A stretch of DNA of 24,000 bases from the NCBI GenBank assembly GCA_031459385.1, contig JAVKIP010000011.1, positions 29,666 to 53,665 of the forward strand. Direction: 5' to 3'. The notes beneath the pieces are model-generated. The model was not told the origin of the DNA, made no database searches, and saw only the letters and a list, made by a program, of their open reading frames with translations. Source of the stretch: Candidatus Fervidifonticultor secundus. Its GTDB lineage: Bacteria > Sysuimicrobiota > Sysuimicrobiia > Sysuimicrobiales > Humicultoraceae. Shown in pieces: positions 1 through 7,320 of this stretch. A program made the position numbers and the translations under genes. Each line of letters opens with the position of its first letter. Within the stretch, counting starts at the first letter, position 1.

Positions 1-431
1 GTCCCGCCCGGTCCGATGACCGGATACCCGAAGTTGATCGTGGGCTGGCCCGTAATGCGGCCGATCTGGTACTCGCCGACCGAGAACGTCCGGTAGCGTG
101 CCGCGTGCTGGAAGTACTGGCGATCGGCGACGCTCACCGGCCGCCGCGACGGGCGCGCGCTGCAGACGACCACCCCATCTGGCGCCGCCACCCCGAGGTT
201 GGCGTACGTAGGGTGCTGGGCCAGCAGGTCGCCGAAGAGCCTGCTGCACCGCGCGGGATCCCAGGGCTCTTCCTGGATCACGCGTGCCAGGACCGGCAGG
301 AGGTGCTGCGCGCTGGCAATGAACAGGCGGTGGTGTTCCCGTGCGCTCCGCGCGAGCCGGAGCGCTTCCGCGGCCACGTCGTTGCGCGCGCGGCTGCGCT
401 GGCTGCCCCCGGCGTACAGGTGCAGGCCCAC
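1..431 (-). CDS. Partial membrane-anchored sensor protein (N-terminal part; the gene continues off the left edge) with a Cache/PDC-like extracytoplasmic domain. The start is unresolved.
   Basis: This ORF is not in the track because no stop lies inside the window. My reverse-strand translation reads ...THVRRLILLAVIPLVGLHLYAGGSQRSRARNDVAAEALRLARSAREHHRLFIASAQHLLPVLARVIQEEPWDPARCSRLFGDLLAQHPTYANLGVAAPDGVVVCSARPSRRPVSVADRQYFQHAARYRTFSVGEYQIGRITGQPTINFGYPVIGPGG. It shows a hydrophobic helix followed by the D-R-x-Y-F ... G-x-P motif typical of Cache-type sensor domains of kinases and cyclases. The frame is open from 569 down to 1. The first ATG/GTG/TTG in frame is GTG at 431..429, which lies inside the helix, so 431 is a minimal boundary. 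Confidence 0.6.
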   Translation of the reverse strand, partial: MGLHLYAGGSQRSRARNDVAAEALRLARSAREHHRLFIASAQHLLPVLARVIQEEPWDPARCSRLFGDLLAQHPTYANLGVAAPDGVVVCSARPSRRPVSVADRQYFQHAARYRTFSVGEYQIGRITGQPTINFGYPVIGPGG

Positions 432-590
432 GAGGGGAATGACGGCCAGGAGGATCAGGCGGCGGACGTGGGTGCGGAGGTTGGCACCTGTGGCCGCAAC
501 CGTTGCGCGAGCCGTGGACGCACCCCCTTTCTCCGACGCGCCGGCGCCCGGGCGTGATGTCGAGCAGCGCTAGATGGCGCTACAGATGGT

Positions 591-1676
591 ATGCCCAGGT
601 GGGCGGATCCAGACCACCGGCCTGGGCGTGGCGAGCGCCGTGCCGCCGGACGACAGGAAGCCACGTGCGCTGCCGCGAAGCGCGCAGGCGTGGCTGGACG
701 CGTGCACGACCGCGCGCCGCGGCCGCTCGTCGCCGGTGCAGTGGTTGCACTCCTGGTGTGGGCGCGGGGCCCCACTGCCGGCGGCCAGGCGCCCGCCGGC
801 GGCATCTTCGTAAACGATCCGGGCAACGCCCGCGTCGTCCGTCTGGCCGACCTGACCGGCGCGGGGTGGACGGCGCTGGCCACCGGGGGAGACGCGCGGG
901 GCGGCGGCCGCCACTTTGCCTTCCAGTCAGGCATCGCCCTGGATGCCCGGGGCCGGATCTACTTCACCGACGCCACGCGCTCACGCCTCGTCCGCGTCGA
1001 CGACCTCAGCGGCGCGGGCTGGGTTGCCTTCGGCACCCGCGGGAGCGGGGTCGGCCAGTTCGACCTGCCGGCCGGGGTGGCCGTGGACGCCGCCGGCCGC
1101 ATCTACATCGCCGACGCCAGCAACGCGCGCATCGTGCGCATCGCGGAGATGACGGGTGCGGGATGGGTGGCGTTGGGAACGCGCGGGGCCGGGGTCGGGC
1201 AGTTCAACTTCCCGCAGGGAATCGCGGTGGACGGCGCGGGGCGCATCTACGTGGCGGATGCGCTCAACGACCGCATCGTGCGCGTCGACGACATGCGCGG
1301 GGCGGGATGGACGACGCTGGGCCGTCCCGGGGCCGGCGTGGGGCAGTTCGACTTCCCGGCGTCGGTGGCGGTGGGCCGCGACGGGCGAGTCTACGTCACC
1401 GACTCGTCCAACGACCGGGTGGTGCGCGTGGACAGCATGACCGGAGCCGGCTGGGTGGCGTTCGCCGGGCTGAGCTCGCGCGCCACGGAGTTCGCCTTTC
1501 CCACGGGACTGGCGGTGGACGCGGCAGGCCGCATCTACGTGACCGATGAGATGCACCGGATCGTGCGCATCGCCGACATGAGCGGCGCGGGCTGGACGGC
1601 GTTCGGGACCATGGGGGGAGGGGTCGGCCAGTTCTCCTTCCCCTCGGGGATCGCTGTCGCACCGGCCGTGCGGTAG
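591..1676 (+). CDS. NHL-repeat protein, a six-bladed beta-propeller with an N-terminal signal peptide or membrane anchor.
   Basis: Track ORF of 361 aa. There are six copies of the NHL signature (F-P-x-G-[IV]-A-V-D-x-x-G-R-[IV]-Y-[IV]-[AT]-D-x-x-N-x-R-[IV]-V-R-[IV]), each followed by G-A-G-W, at about 48-aa spacing. The N-terminal strand GGIFVNDPGNARVV probably closes the last blade. The hydrophobic stretch PLVAGAVVALLVWA precedes the propeller. The start is uncertain: ATG 591, GTG 690 or GTG 702 are all in frame. Confidence 0.85.
   Translation: MPRWADPDHRPGRGERRAAGRQEATCAAAKRAGVAGRVHDRAPRPLVAGAVVALLVWARGPTAGGQAPAGGIFVNDPGNARVVRLADLTGAGWTALATGGDARGGGRHFAFQSGIALDARGRIYFTDATRSRLVRVDDLSGAGWVAFGTRGSGVGQFDLPAGVAVDAAGRIYIADASNARIVRIAEMTGAGWVALGTRGAGVGQFNFPQGIAVDGAGRIYVADALNDRIVRVDDMRGAGWTTLGRPGAGVGQFDFPASVAVGRDGRVYVTDSSNDRVVRVDSMTGAGWVAFAGLSSRATEFAFPTGLAVDAAGRIYVTDEMHRIVRIADMSGAGWTAFGTMGGGVGQFSFPSGIAVAPAVR
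798..1673 (+). repeat. Intragenic tandem periodicity of about 144 bp (six NHL blades).
   Basis: The R-[ILV]-V-R-[ILV] anchors fall at residues 81, 132, 180, 228, 276 and 323 of the 361-aa ORF, giving spacings of 51, 48, 48, 48 and 47 aa. Neighbouring units are also visibly similar at the DNA level, for example ggccgcatctacatcgccgacgcc versus gggcgcatctacgtggcggatgcg. Confidence 0.7.
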
Positions 1677-1685
1677 GATGGGGGC

Positions 1686-2384
1686 ATGATGGGTCCCCTC
1701 GCACAGACCGCCACGGCGGCGGCCACCGTGGCCGCGATCACCATCGGCCAGAGCCCGCGGCCCGACATCATGGACGAGGTGGTGCCGCTGCTGCCGTCGC
1801 GCGTCCGCGTGGTGCAGACGGGCGCGCTCGACGGCCTCTCCCTGGCCGAGGTGGCCGCCATGCGCCCGGAGCCGGGGGACCACACCCTGGTGACGCGGTT
1901 GCGCTCGGGCGAGGAAGTGCTGATCGGCATGCAGCGTGTCGCGCCGCGGGTGCAGGCGTGTATCGACGCGGTGCAGGACGCCGCAGATCTCATCGTGGTG
2001 CTGTGCACGGGGACGTTCCCGCAGCTGCGCTCGCGCCGGCCCGTCATCTATCCGGAGCACCTGCTGCTGCAGGTAACCCGTGCCGTCAGCCCCGGCGCGC
2101 ATGTCGGCGTGCTGACACCGGCTGCAGCGCAGATCCCCCACCAGGAGCAGCGGTGGGGTATGGTGGCCTCGGCGGTGACCGTGCGGGCCTACGCGCCGTA
2201 CGCCACCCGTGAGAGCGTAGAGGAGGCCTGCGCAGCCTTTGCCACCGCAGGCGTCGATCTGGTGGTGCTCGACTGCCTGGGGTACACGGTGGCGCTCAAG
2301 GACACCGTCCGGCGGCTCGTGGGGCGCCCTGCGCTGCTGGCCCGCACGCTGCTGGCGCGCGCGGTGGCCGAACTGCTGGGCTGA
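1686..2384 (+). CDS. aroM: AroM-family protein of unknown function, with an Asp/Glu-racemase-like fold family.
   Basis: Track ORF of 232 aa. The N-terminal AITIGQSPRPD and the C-terminal DLVVLDCLGYTVALKDTVRRLVGRPALLARTLLARAVAELLG align, from memory, with E. coli AroM (ILTIGVVP..., DVIMLDCLGF...VLLSNVLIARLAAELLV). The start lies 9 bp after the NHL gene stop, with aggatggggg upstream as a possible RBS. Confidence 0.8.
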   Translation: MMGPLAQTATAAATVAAITIGQSPRPDIMDEVVPLLPSRVRVVQTGALDGLSLAEVAAMRPEPGDHTLVTRLRSGEEVLIGMQRVAPRVQACIDAVQDAADLIVVLCTGTFPQLRSRRPVIYPEHLLLQVTRAVSPGAHVGVLTPAAAQIPHQEQRWGMVASAVTVRAYAPYATRESVEEACAAFATAGVDLVVLDCLGYTVALKDTVRRLVGRPALLARTLLARAVAELLG

Positions 2385-2390
2385 CGGCGG

Positions 2391-2419
2391 TTGACGCGGC
2401 AGGCGGCGGCGGCTAGCAT
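2391..2419 (+). promoter_or_regulatory. Candidate sigma-A-type promoter for the thrS leader.
   Basis: TTGACG (2391-2396), a 17-bp spacer, then TAGCAT (2414-2419), located just after the aroM stop. The predicted transcription start near 2426 is about 55 nt upstream of the proposed Stem I base, which is longer than usual. Confidence is therefore moderate. Confidence 0.45.
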
Positions 2420-2425
2420 GGGCTC

Positions 2426-2716
2426 TGCGGTGGCGAGGACGAGGACGAGGGCGCCGGGCGTCCGGCCGGAGCCGCGCGCAGCGGCGGAGAGAGGCGGGGC
2501 CACCGGCTGAGAGCCCCGCCGGCTGGATCGGCGACACACCACCTCTGAGCCGCGGTCGACGGACAGGCGCGACGGCGCCCGTCACGGAAGACCGCCGGGT
2601 GCGCCCGAGAGCGCGCAGCGAGCGTCTGACACCGCGCCTGCCAGGCAGGCCGGTGCGGGCGAAACGAGGGTGGAACCGCGGACAGCCCGCCCCTCAGGGG
2701 CGGGCTGTTGTGTTTG
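2426..2716 (+). promoter_or_regulatory. T-box riboswitch leader (threonine, ACC specifier) controlling thrS by transcription termination or antitermination.
   Basis: - T-box sequence: AACGAGGGTGGAACCGCG at 2663-2680 matches the conserved T-box sequence (AAnnnGGGTGGnACCGCG).
- Terminator: a 12-bp hairpin follows immediately.
- Antiterminator: GCGGGC (2655-2660) can pair with GCCCGC (2685-2690), which is the 5' half of the terminator. This gives the mutually exclusive antiterminator.
- Stem I candidate: 2481-2553. GCGGC pairs with GCCGC at the base, AGAGG (2490-2494) pairs with CCTCT (2542-2546), and CGGGGC pairs with GCCCCG above.
- Specifier: this fold places ACC (2538-2540) followed by A2541 at the 3' end of the internal loop, the canonical specifier position. 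Confidence 0.85.
2682..2716 (+). terminator. Intrinsic terminator of the T-box leader.
   Basis: ACAGCCCGCCCC (2682-2693), loop TCA, then GGGGCGGGCTGT (2697-2708) form a perfect 12-bp GC-rich stem. It is followed by the T-rich TGTGTTTG, 24 nt before the thrS ATG. Confidence 0.85.
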
Positions 2717-2739
2717 CGTATGGAAGGGGAGGAGGCGCG

Positions 2740-4659
2740 ATGCCGCGCATCAGGGTGCAGCTAGCGGATGGGTCCACGTACGAGGTGGAGACCGGGACGA
2801 CGGCCGGCGCGCTGGCCCGGCGACTGGGGCTGCGTGACGCGATCGCCGTGCTGGTCAACGGCCGGGCCCGGGACCTGGCCGCGCCCCTGGACGACGGGGC
2901 GAGGGTGCAGTTCCTCACCTTCGAGGATCCCGCCGGCCGGGAGATCTTCTGGCACTCCACGGCGCACCTGCTGGCCCAGGCGGTGAAACAACTGTTCCCG
3001 CAGGCGAAGCTGGCCATCGGCCCGCCGATCGACGACGGCTTCTACTATGATTTCGACATCGGCCGGCCGTTCAGCCCCGAGGACCTGGAACGGATCGAGG
3101 CGCGCATGCGCGAGCTCGCGGCTGCCGACCAGCCCATCGAGCGGCTCGAGCTGCCCCGCCAGGATGCGCAGCGGCGCCTCGAGCAGGATGGAGAGGTCTA
3201 CAAGCTGGAACTGCTGGCCGAGATTCCCGACGCGCACGTCTCTTTCTACCGGCAGGACGGCTTCCAGGACATGTGCCGCGGGCCGCACCTGCCGCGCACG
3301 GGCCTGATCGGCGCGGTGAAGCTGCTGTCGACGTCCGGCGCATACTGGCGCGGGGACGAGCGCCGGCCGATGCTCCAGCGGATCTACGGGGTCTCGTACC
3401 CCACGGCGGAACGGCTCGACGCGCACCTGCAGCGCCTGGAGGAGGCGCGGCGGCGGGACCACCGGCGGATCGGGCGCGAGCTGCAGTTGTTCCACATCGC
3501 GCCAGAAGTGGGCCCGGGGCTGCCCCTGTGGCTGCCCAAGGGCGCCACGATCCGGCGGATCGTGGAGCGCTACATCGTGGACCTGGAGCTCGCCGCGGGT
3601 TACCAGCACGTCTACAGCCAGGAGCTGGCATCCTCGACGCTCTACAAGATCTCCGGGCACTGGGACCACTACCGCGACAACATGTATCCGCCCATGCAGG
3701 TGGACGCCGAAGAACTGGTCCTGCGTCCCATGAACTGCCCCCACCACATCATGATCTACCGGGTGGGGCAGCGCTCCTACCGCGACCTGCCGGTCCGCAT
3801 CGCCGAGCTCGGCCGCGTGTACCGATATGAGCGGTCCGGGGTGCTCGCAGGGCTGGCGCGCGTGCGGGGCATGACCATGAACGACGCCCACATCTTCCTG
3901 CGCCCCGATCAGATCAAGGACGAGATCGCGGCCGTCGTACGCCTGATCCAGCGAGTCTACGCCGACTTCCGCATCAGCGGCGCCTGGTACCAGCTCTCGC
4001 TGCGCGACCCGGCCGACCGGGAGAAGTTTATCCAGAACGACGCGCTGTGGGACCAGGCGGAGCGGATGCTGCGGGAGGCGCTGGGGGAGCTGGGCATTCC
4101 CTACCGCGAAGCGATGGGCGAGGCGGCGTTCTACGGGCCCAAGATCGACGTGCAGGTGCCCACGGCGGCGGGCAAGGACGAGACGATCTCCACGGTGCAG
4201 CTCGACTTCCTGCTGCCCGAGCGGTTCGCGCTGGAGTACATCGGCGAAGACGGCCGGGCGCACCGCCCGGTGCTGATCCACCGGGCCATCACCAGCACCA
4301 TGGAGCGCTGGGTGGCGATGCTGATCGAGCAGTACGAGGGGAAGTTCCCGCTGTGGCTCGCGCCGGAACAGGTGCGCGTGCTGCCGATCGCGGACCGCCA
4401 CCACGACTACGCCCGCGCCGTGGGCGACCGCCTGGCCGCCGAGGGCCTGCGGGTGGCCGTCGACGCGTCCAACGAGCGGATCAGCTACAAGGTCCGTCAG
4501 GCGCAGCTCGAGCACGTGCCCTACATGGCCGTGGTCGGCGACAGGGAGCAGGCGGCGGGCACGGTGGCGGTGCGCAGCCGGTCCGCTGGCGACCTGGGCC
4601 CGATGCCGGTCGAACAGTTCCTGGCGCGGCTGCGCGACGAGGTGGCGGCCAGGGCCTGA
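2740..4659 (+). CDS. thrS: Threonyl-tRNA synthetase.
   Basis: The protein from MPRIRVQLADGSTYEVETGTTAGALARRLG has a TGS domain, the HSTAHLLAQAV editing-domain motif, class II core motifs (RPMNCPHH, RVRGMTMNDAHIF) and a C-terminal anticodon-binding domain. The true start is ATG 2740, preceded by GGAAGGGGAGGAGG. The track start at GTG 2599 would translate through the T-box and terminator. Confidence 0.97.
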   Translation: MPRIRVQLADGSTYEVETGTTAGALARRLGLRDAIAVLVNGRARDLAAPLDDGARVQFLTFEDPAGREIFWHSTAHLLAQAVKQLFPQAKLAIGPPIDDGFYYDFDIGRPFSPEDLERIEARMRELAAADQPIERLELPRQDAQRRLEQDGEVYKLELLAEIPDAHVSFYRQDGFQDMCRGPHLPRTGLIGAVKLLSTSGAYWRGDERRPMLQRIYGVSYPTAERLDAHLQRLEEARRRDHRRIGRELQLFHIAPEVGPGLPLWLPKGATIRRIVERYIVDLELAAGYQHVYSQELASSTLYKISGHWDHYRDNMYPPMQVDAEELVLRPMNCPHHIMIYRVGQRSYRDLPVRIAELGRVYRYERSGVLAGLARVRGMTMNDAHIFLRPDQIKDEIAAVVRLIQRVYADFRISGAWYQLSLRDPADREKFIQNDALWDQAERMLREALGELGIPYREAMGEAAFYGPKIDVQVPTAAGKDETISTVQLDFLLPERFALEYIGEDGRAHRPVLIHRAITSTMERWVAMLIEQYEGKFPLWLAPEQVRVLPIADRHHDYARAVGDRLAAEGLRVAVDASNERISYKVRQAQLEHVPYMAVVGDREQAAGTVAVRSRSAGDLGPMPVEQFLARLRDEVAARA

Positions 4660-4761
4660 CGCGGGGCACGGCACATCGGGCCGGCGGTCGCACTCGACGG
4701 GAGCGCGCCGGCTGCGCCCGGTACGCCTGCGAGGCGTTGGCCGATCTACGGGGCAGACGCC

Positions 4762-7320
4762 ATGCTGCCGCATGCGCCGCTGCTGCCCCCGCTGGTCTGG
4801 ATCGCCGCGGCCACAGCCAGCGGCATCGCCCTGCACGCGCACTGGCCGGCGCCGTGGGGCCCAAGCGCCGGGGTGCTCGCGGTCCTGGTCGCCGTGTGGG
4901 CTGGCCTCCTTCGGCGTGGTTGGGAACACCTGGGGGCGGTCCTGGCGCTTGGCGCCTGCGCCGCCCTGGGGTTCGTGCACGCGGCCGCCGCCGACGCCCG
5001 CCAGCCATCCTGGCCCGCGGCTGCCGACGGGCGCCGTGTCGAGATCCGCGGCGCGATCCGTGCGGGCCCCGAACCCGGTCCCCACGGCTGGTGGGCCGTG
5101 GTGCGCGTGCGCGGCCTGCGCGTGGCCGGAGCGGTGCCGCGCGGTCGCCGCACCGGCATGCCGCCGTGGGAGGCGCCGCTCGGTCCGGTCGAGGCTGCGG
5201 CCGGGCTCGTGCGCGCCACCGGGCGCGGGCCCACGCCCGCCGTCCGCCCGGGCGACGAGGTGCTGCTACGCGGGCGCTTCCGGCTGGGCCGCCCCGCAGG
5301 CAACCCCGGCGAGCGCGCGGAACGCGACGCGCTGCGCCGGCGCGGGCTGGCCGGCGTCATTGCCCTCGACCGGGACCGCGGGCTCGAGGTGATCGGCCGG
5401 GCGGGATGGTCGCCGCGCGCGGCGGTCGGTGCGGCGCGTCGCCGGATCGTCGAGGTCACGCGGCGAGCGCAACCCGATCCCCACGCGGCGCTGGTACTGA
5501 GCCTGCTGCTCGGCATCGACGCATTCCTGCCGCCCGAGCTCTACCAGCGGTTCACGCAGGCCGGGCTGGTGCACCTCATGGTCGTCTCGGGCGCGCAGGT
5601 CGCCATCGTGGCCGGTGTGCTCGCAGCGCTGGCGGGCGCCCTCCGGCTGCACCCGTGGGTCCGGGCGGGGCTCGTGGGCACCGGCATCGGGACCTTCGCC
5701 GCGCTCGTGGGCTGGGCGCCGTCGGTGGGCCGGGCCGTGCTCATGACTGGCCTGGCCCTGATGGCCGCCACGGTGGGACGGCAGCGCGATCCGGCGACGT
5801 CGCTCGCGGCCGCCGCGCTGGGCCTGCTCGCCGCGAATCCGGCCGTGCTGTTCGACGTGGGGTTCCAGCTGTCGTTCGCCGCCACCTGGGGGCTGCTCTA
5901 TCTGGCCCCGGTACTGGCGGCGACGGTCGGGGCGGTCCCCGCGTGGGCGGCGCGGGCCGCGCCGCCCGCGCAGGGTGTGGCCGCACCTGCGGCGACGGGG
6001 GGCCGCGTCATCGGCGCCCGTCGCATCCTCGCTGCCGTGGTGGCTGGCCTGGCTGCGTCGCTGGGCGCGCAGATCGCAGTCGCGCCGCTGCTCGCCCTGC
6101 ACTTCCAGAGCCTGCCGGCTGCCGGGCTCGTGGCGAATGCGCTGGCCCTGCCCATCGTGGCGTCGCTGGTGCCGGTAGGGTTCGCGCTGCTGGCGGTGGT
6201 GCTGCTGCTGCCGGACCTGGGCGGCGCGCTGCTGGGGCTGCTGCGTCCCGCGACGGCCGCGCTCGTCTGGATCGCCGAGCGCACGGGCGGGCTGCCATGG
6301 GCGGTGGTCACCACGCCTCCTGTGTCGGCGCCTGTGGCTGCGGTCGCGTACCTGGCGCTCGGGGCGGCCGTCGCCGCAGGCCGCGGCACCTGGCGGCCCG
6401 CGCGGAGCGTGCGCACCGGCGCTGCCGCGGTCCTGGTCGGGGCCAGCGCGATCTGGCTGTCCGCAGCCGTGCGGCCGCCGTCGGTCCTGCTGGTCACGGT
6501 CCTCGACGTCGGGCAGGGCGACGCCATCCTGATCCAGAGTCCCTCGGGCCGCGTCGCGCTCATCGACGCGGGCGGCGACCTGGATGCCGCAGCCACCGGC
6601 CGCGACGTGGGGCGGCGCCGGGTCCTCCCCGCCCTGCGCCGTGCCGGCGTGCGCCGTCTGGATGTGGCCGCGCTCTCGCACCCGCACGAGGACCACGTGG
6701 GAGGACTGCCTGCGGTCGTGGAGAACTTCCCGGTCGGAGTCGTGCTGGATCCCGGCGTCCCGCATCCATCGCCCGCCTATCTCCGCCTGCTGGGCGCCAT
6801 CCAGGGCGGGCGGATTCCTCACCGAATCGCGCGGGAGGGTATGGAGGTGGACCTCGGGGCGGGCGTCCGCCTCTCGGTGCTCTATCCGCCGGACGTCCCG
6901 CCCGCCGTCGACGACGACCCGGTCCACGCCCGCGGGCTGGTGGCCCGCGTGCAGTACGGCGCGTTCGCCGCGCTCCTGACCGGTGACGTCGAGGACGGCG
7001 TCGAGGAGTACCTGCTCGGCCGCGGGGTGGTGCTGGAGAGCGTGGTCCTCAAAGTCGGGCACCACGGGAGCCGGACGTCCACCAGCGCCGCGTTCGTGGC
7101 CGCGGTCCGTCCACGGGTCGCGGTCCTCTCCGTGGGGGCCGACAACGTCCACGGTCACCCGCATCCGGCGGTGCTCGACGCGCTCTGGCGCGCGGGGGCC
7201 CGCATCTACCGCACCGACCGGCACGGCGCGGTGCGCATCGAGAGCGACGGGGTCGTCCTCCGCGTGCGGCCCCATCGCGGCGAGCCTGCCCCGGGGCCCG
7301 ATGCCGTGCGCCTGCCGTGA
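4762..7320 (+). CDS. comEC: DNA internalization competence protein ComEC/Rec2 (OB-fold N-domain, competence transmembrane domain and metallo-beta-lactamase domain).
   Basis: Track ORF of 852 aa. It has multiple TM segments with GLVHLMVVSGAQVAIVAG (competence domain). The C-terminal part carries VLDVGQGDAILIQSPSGRVALIDAG and SHPHEDHVGG (HxHxDH of the MBL fold), followed by KVGHHGS. Confidence 0.93.
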   Translation: MLPHAPLLPPLVWIAAATASGIALHAHWPAPWGPSAGVLAVLVAVWAGLLRRGWEHLGAVLALGACAALGFVHAAAADARQPSWPAAADGRRVEIRGAIRAGPEPGPHGWWAVVRVRGLRVAGAVPRGRRTGMPPWEAPLGPVEAAAGLVRATGRGPTPAVRPGDEVLLRGRFRLGRPAGNPGERAERDALRRRGLAGVIALDRDRGLEVIGRAGWSPRAAVGAARRRIVEVTRRAQPDPHAALVLSLLLGIDAFLPPELYQRFTQAGLVHLMVVSGAQVAIVAGVLAALAGALRLHPWVRAGLVGTGIGTFAALVGWAPSVGRAVLMTGLALMAATVGRQRDPATSLAAAALGLLAANPAVLFDVGFQLSFAATWGLLYLAPVLAATVGAVPAWAARAAPPAQGVAAPAATGGRVIGARRILAAVVAGLAASLGAQIAVAPLLALHFQSLPAAGLVANALALPIVASLVPVGFALLAVVLLLPDLGGALLGLLRPATAALVWIAERTGGLPWAVVTTPPVSAPVAAVAYLALGAAVAAGRGTWRPARSVRTGAAAVLVGASAIWLSAAVRPPSVLLVTVLDVGQGDAILIQSPSGRVALIDAGGDLDAAATGRDVGRRRVLPALRRAGVRRLDVAALSHPHEDHVGGLPAVVENFPVGVVLDPGVPHPSPAYLRLLGAIQGGRIPHRIAREGMEVDLGAGVRLSVLYPPDVPPAVDDDPVHARGLVARVQYGAFAALLTGDVEDGVEEYLLGRGVVLESVVLKVGHHGSRTSTSAAFVAAVRPRVAVLSVGADNVHGHPHPAVLDALWRAGARIYRTDRHGAVRIESDGVVLRVRPHRGEPAPGPDAVRLP

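Noticed and set aside
2436-2452. A short tandem repeat, GAGGAC GAGGAC GAGG, upstream of the T-box Stem I.
   Set aside because: There are only about 2.5 copies of a purine-rich hexamer. I cannot assign it a function, and it may simply be part of the leader. It is mentioned under the T-box finding only.
2599-2739. A GTG 2599 start that would extend thrS by 47 codons.
   Set aside because: The extension would be translated through the T-box sequence and the 12-bp terminator hairpin. ATG 2740 has a strong GGAGG-type RBS and begins the conserved TGS domain.
4660-4761. The thrS-comEC spacer, examined for a terminator, small ORF or RNA.
   Set aside because: I found no convincing stem-loop with a T tract, no conserved motif, and no ORF with an RBS.
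2761-5085. A 774-aa minus-strand ORF antisense to thrS and the comEC 5' end. Similar long ORFs occur at 981..2585 (-), 5266..7275 (-), 8794..10536 (-), 10606..13080 (-) and 16573..18213 (-).
   Set aside because: Their translations are low-complexity Arg/Pro/Gly/Ala/His-rich strings with no recognisable motifs. Each lies exactly opposite a gene with unmistakable homology. Long stop-free antisense frames are expected at this GC content.
4047-6986. A 979-aa plus-strand ORF spanning the thrS 3' end and most of comEC.
   Set aside because: It is an out-of-frame shadow of thrS and comEC. The sequence is an Arg/Gly/Ala/Pro repeat-like string, and the other frame encodes clear ThrS and ComEC motifs.
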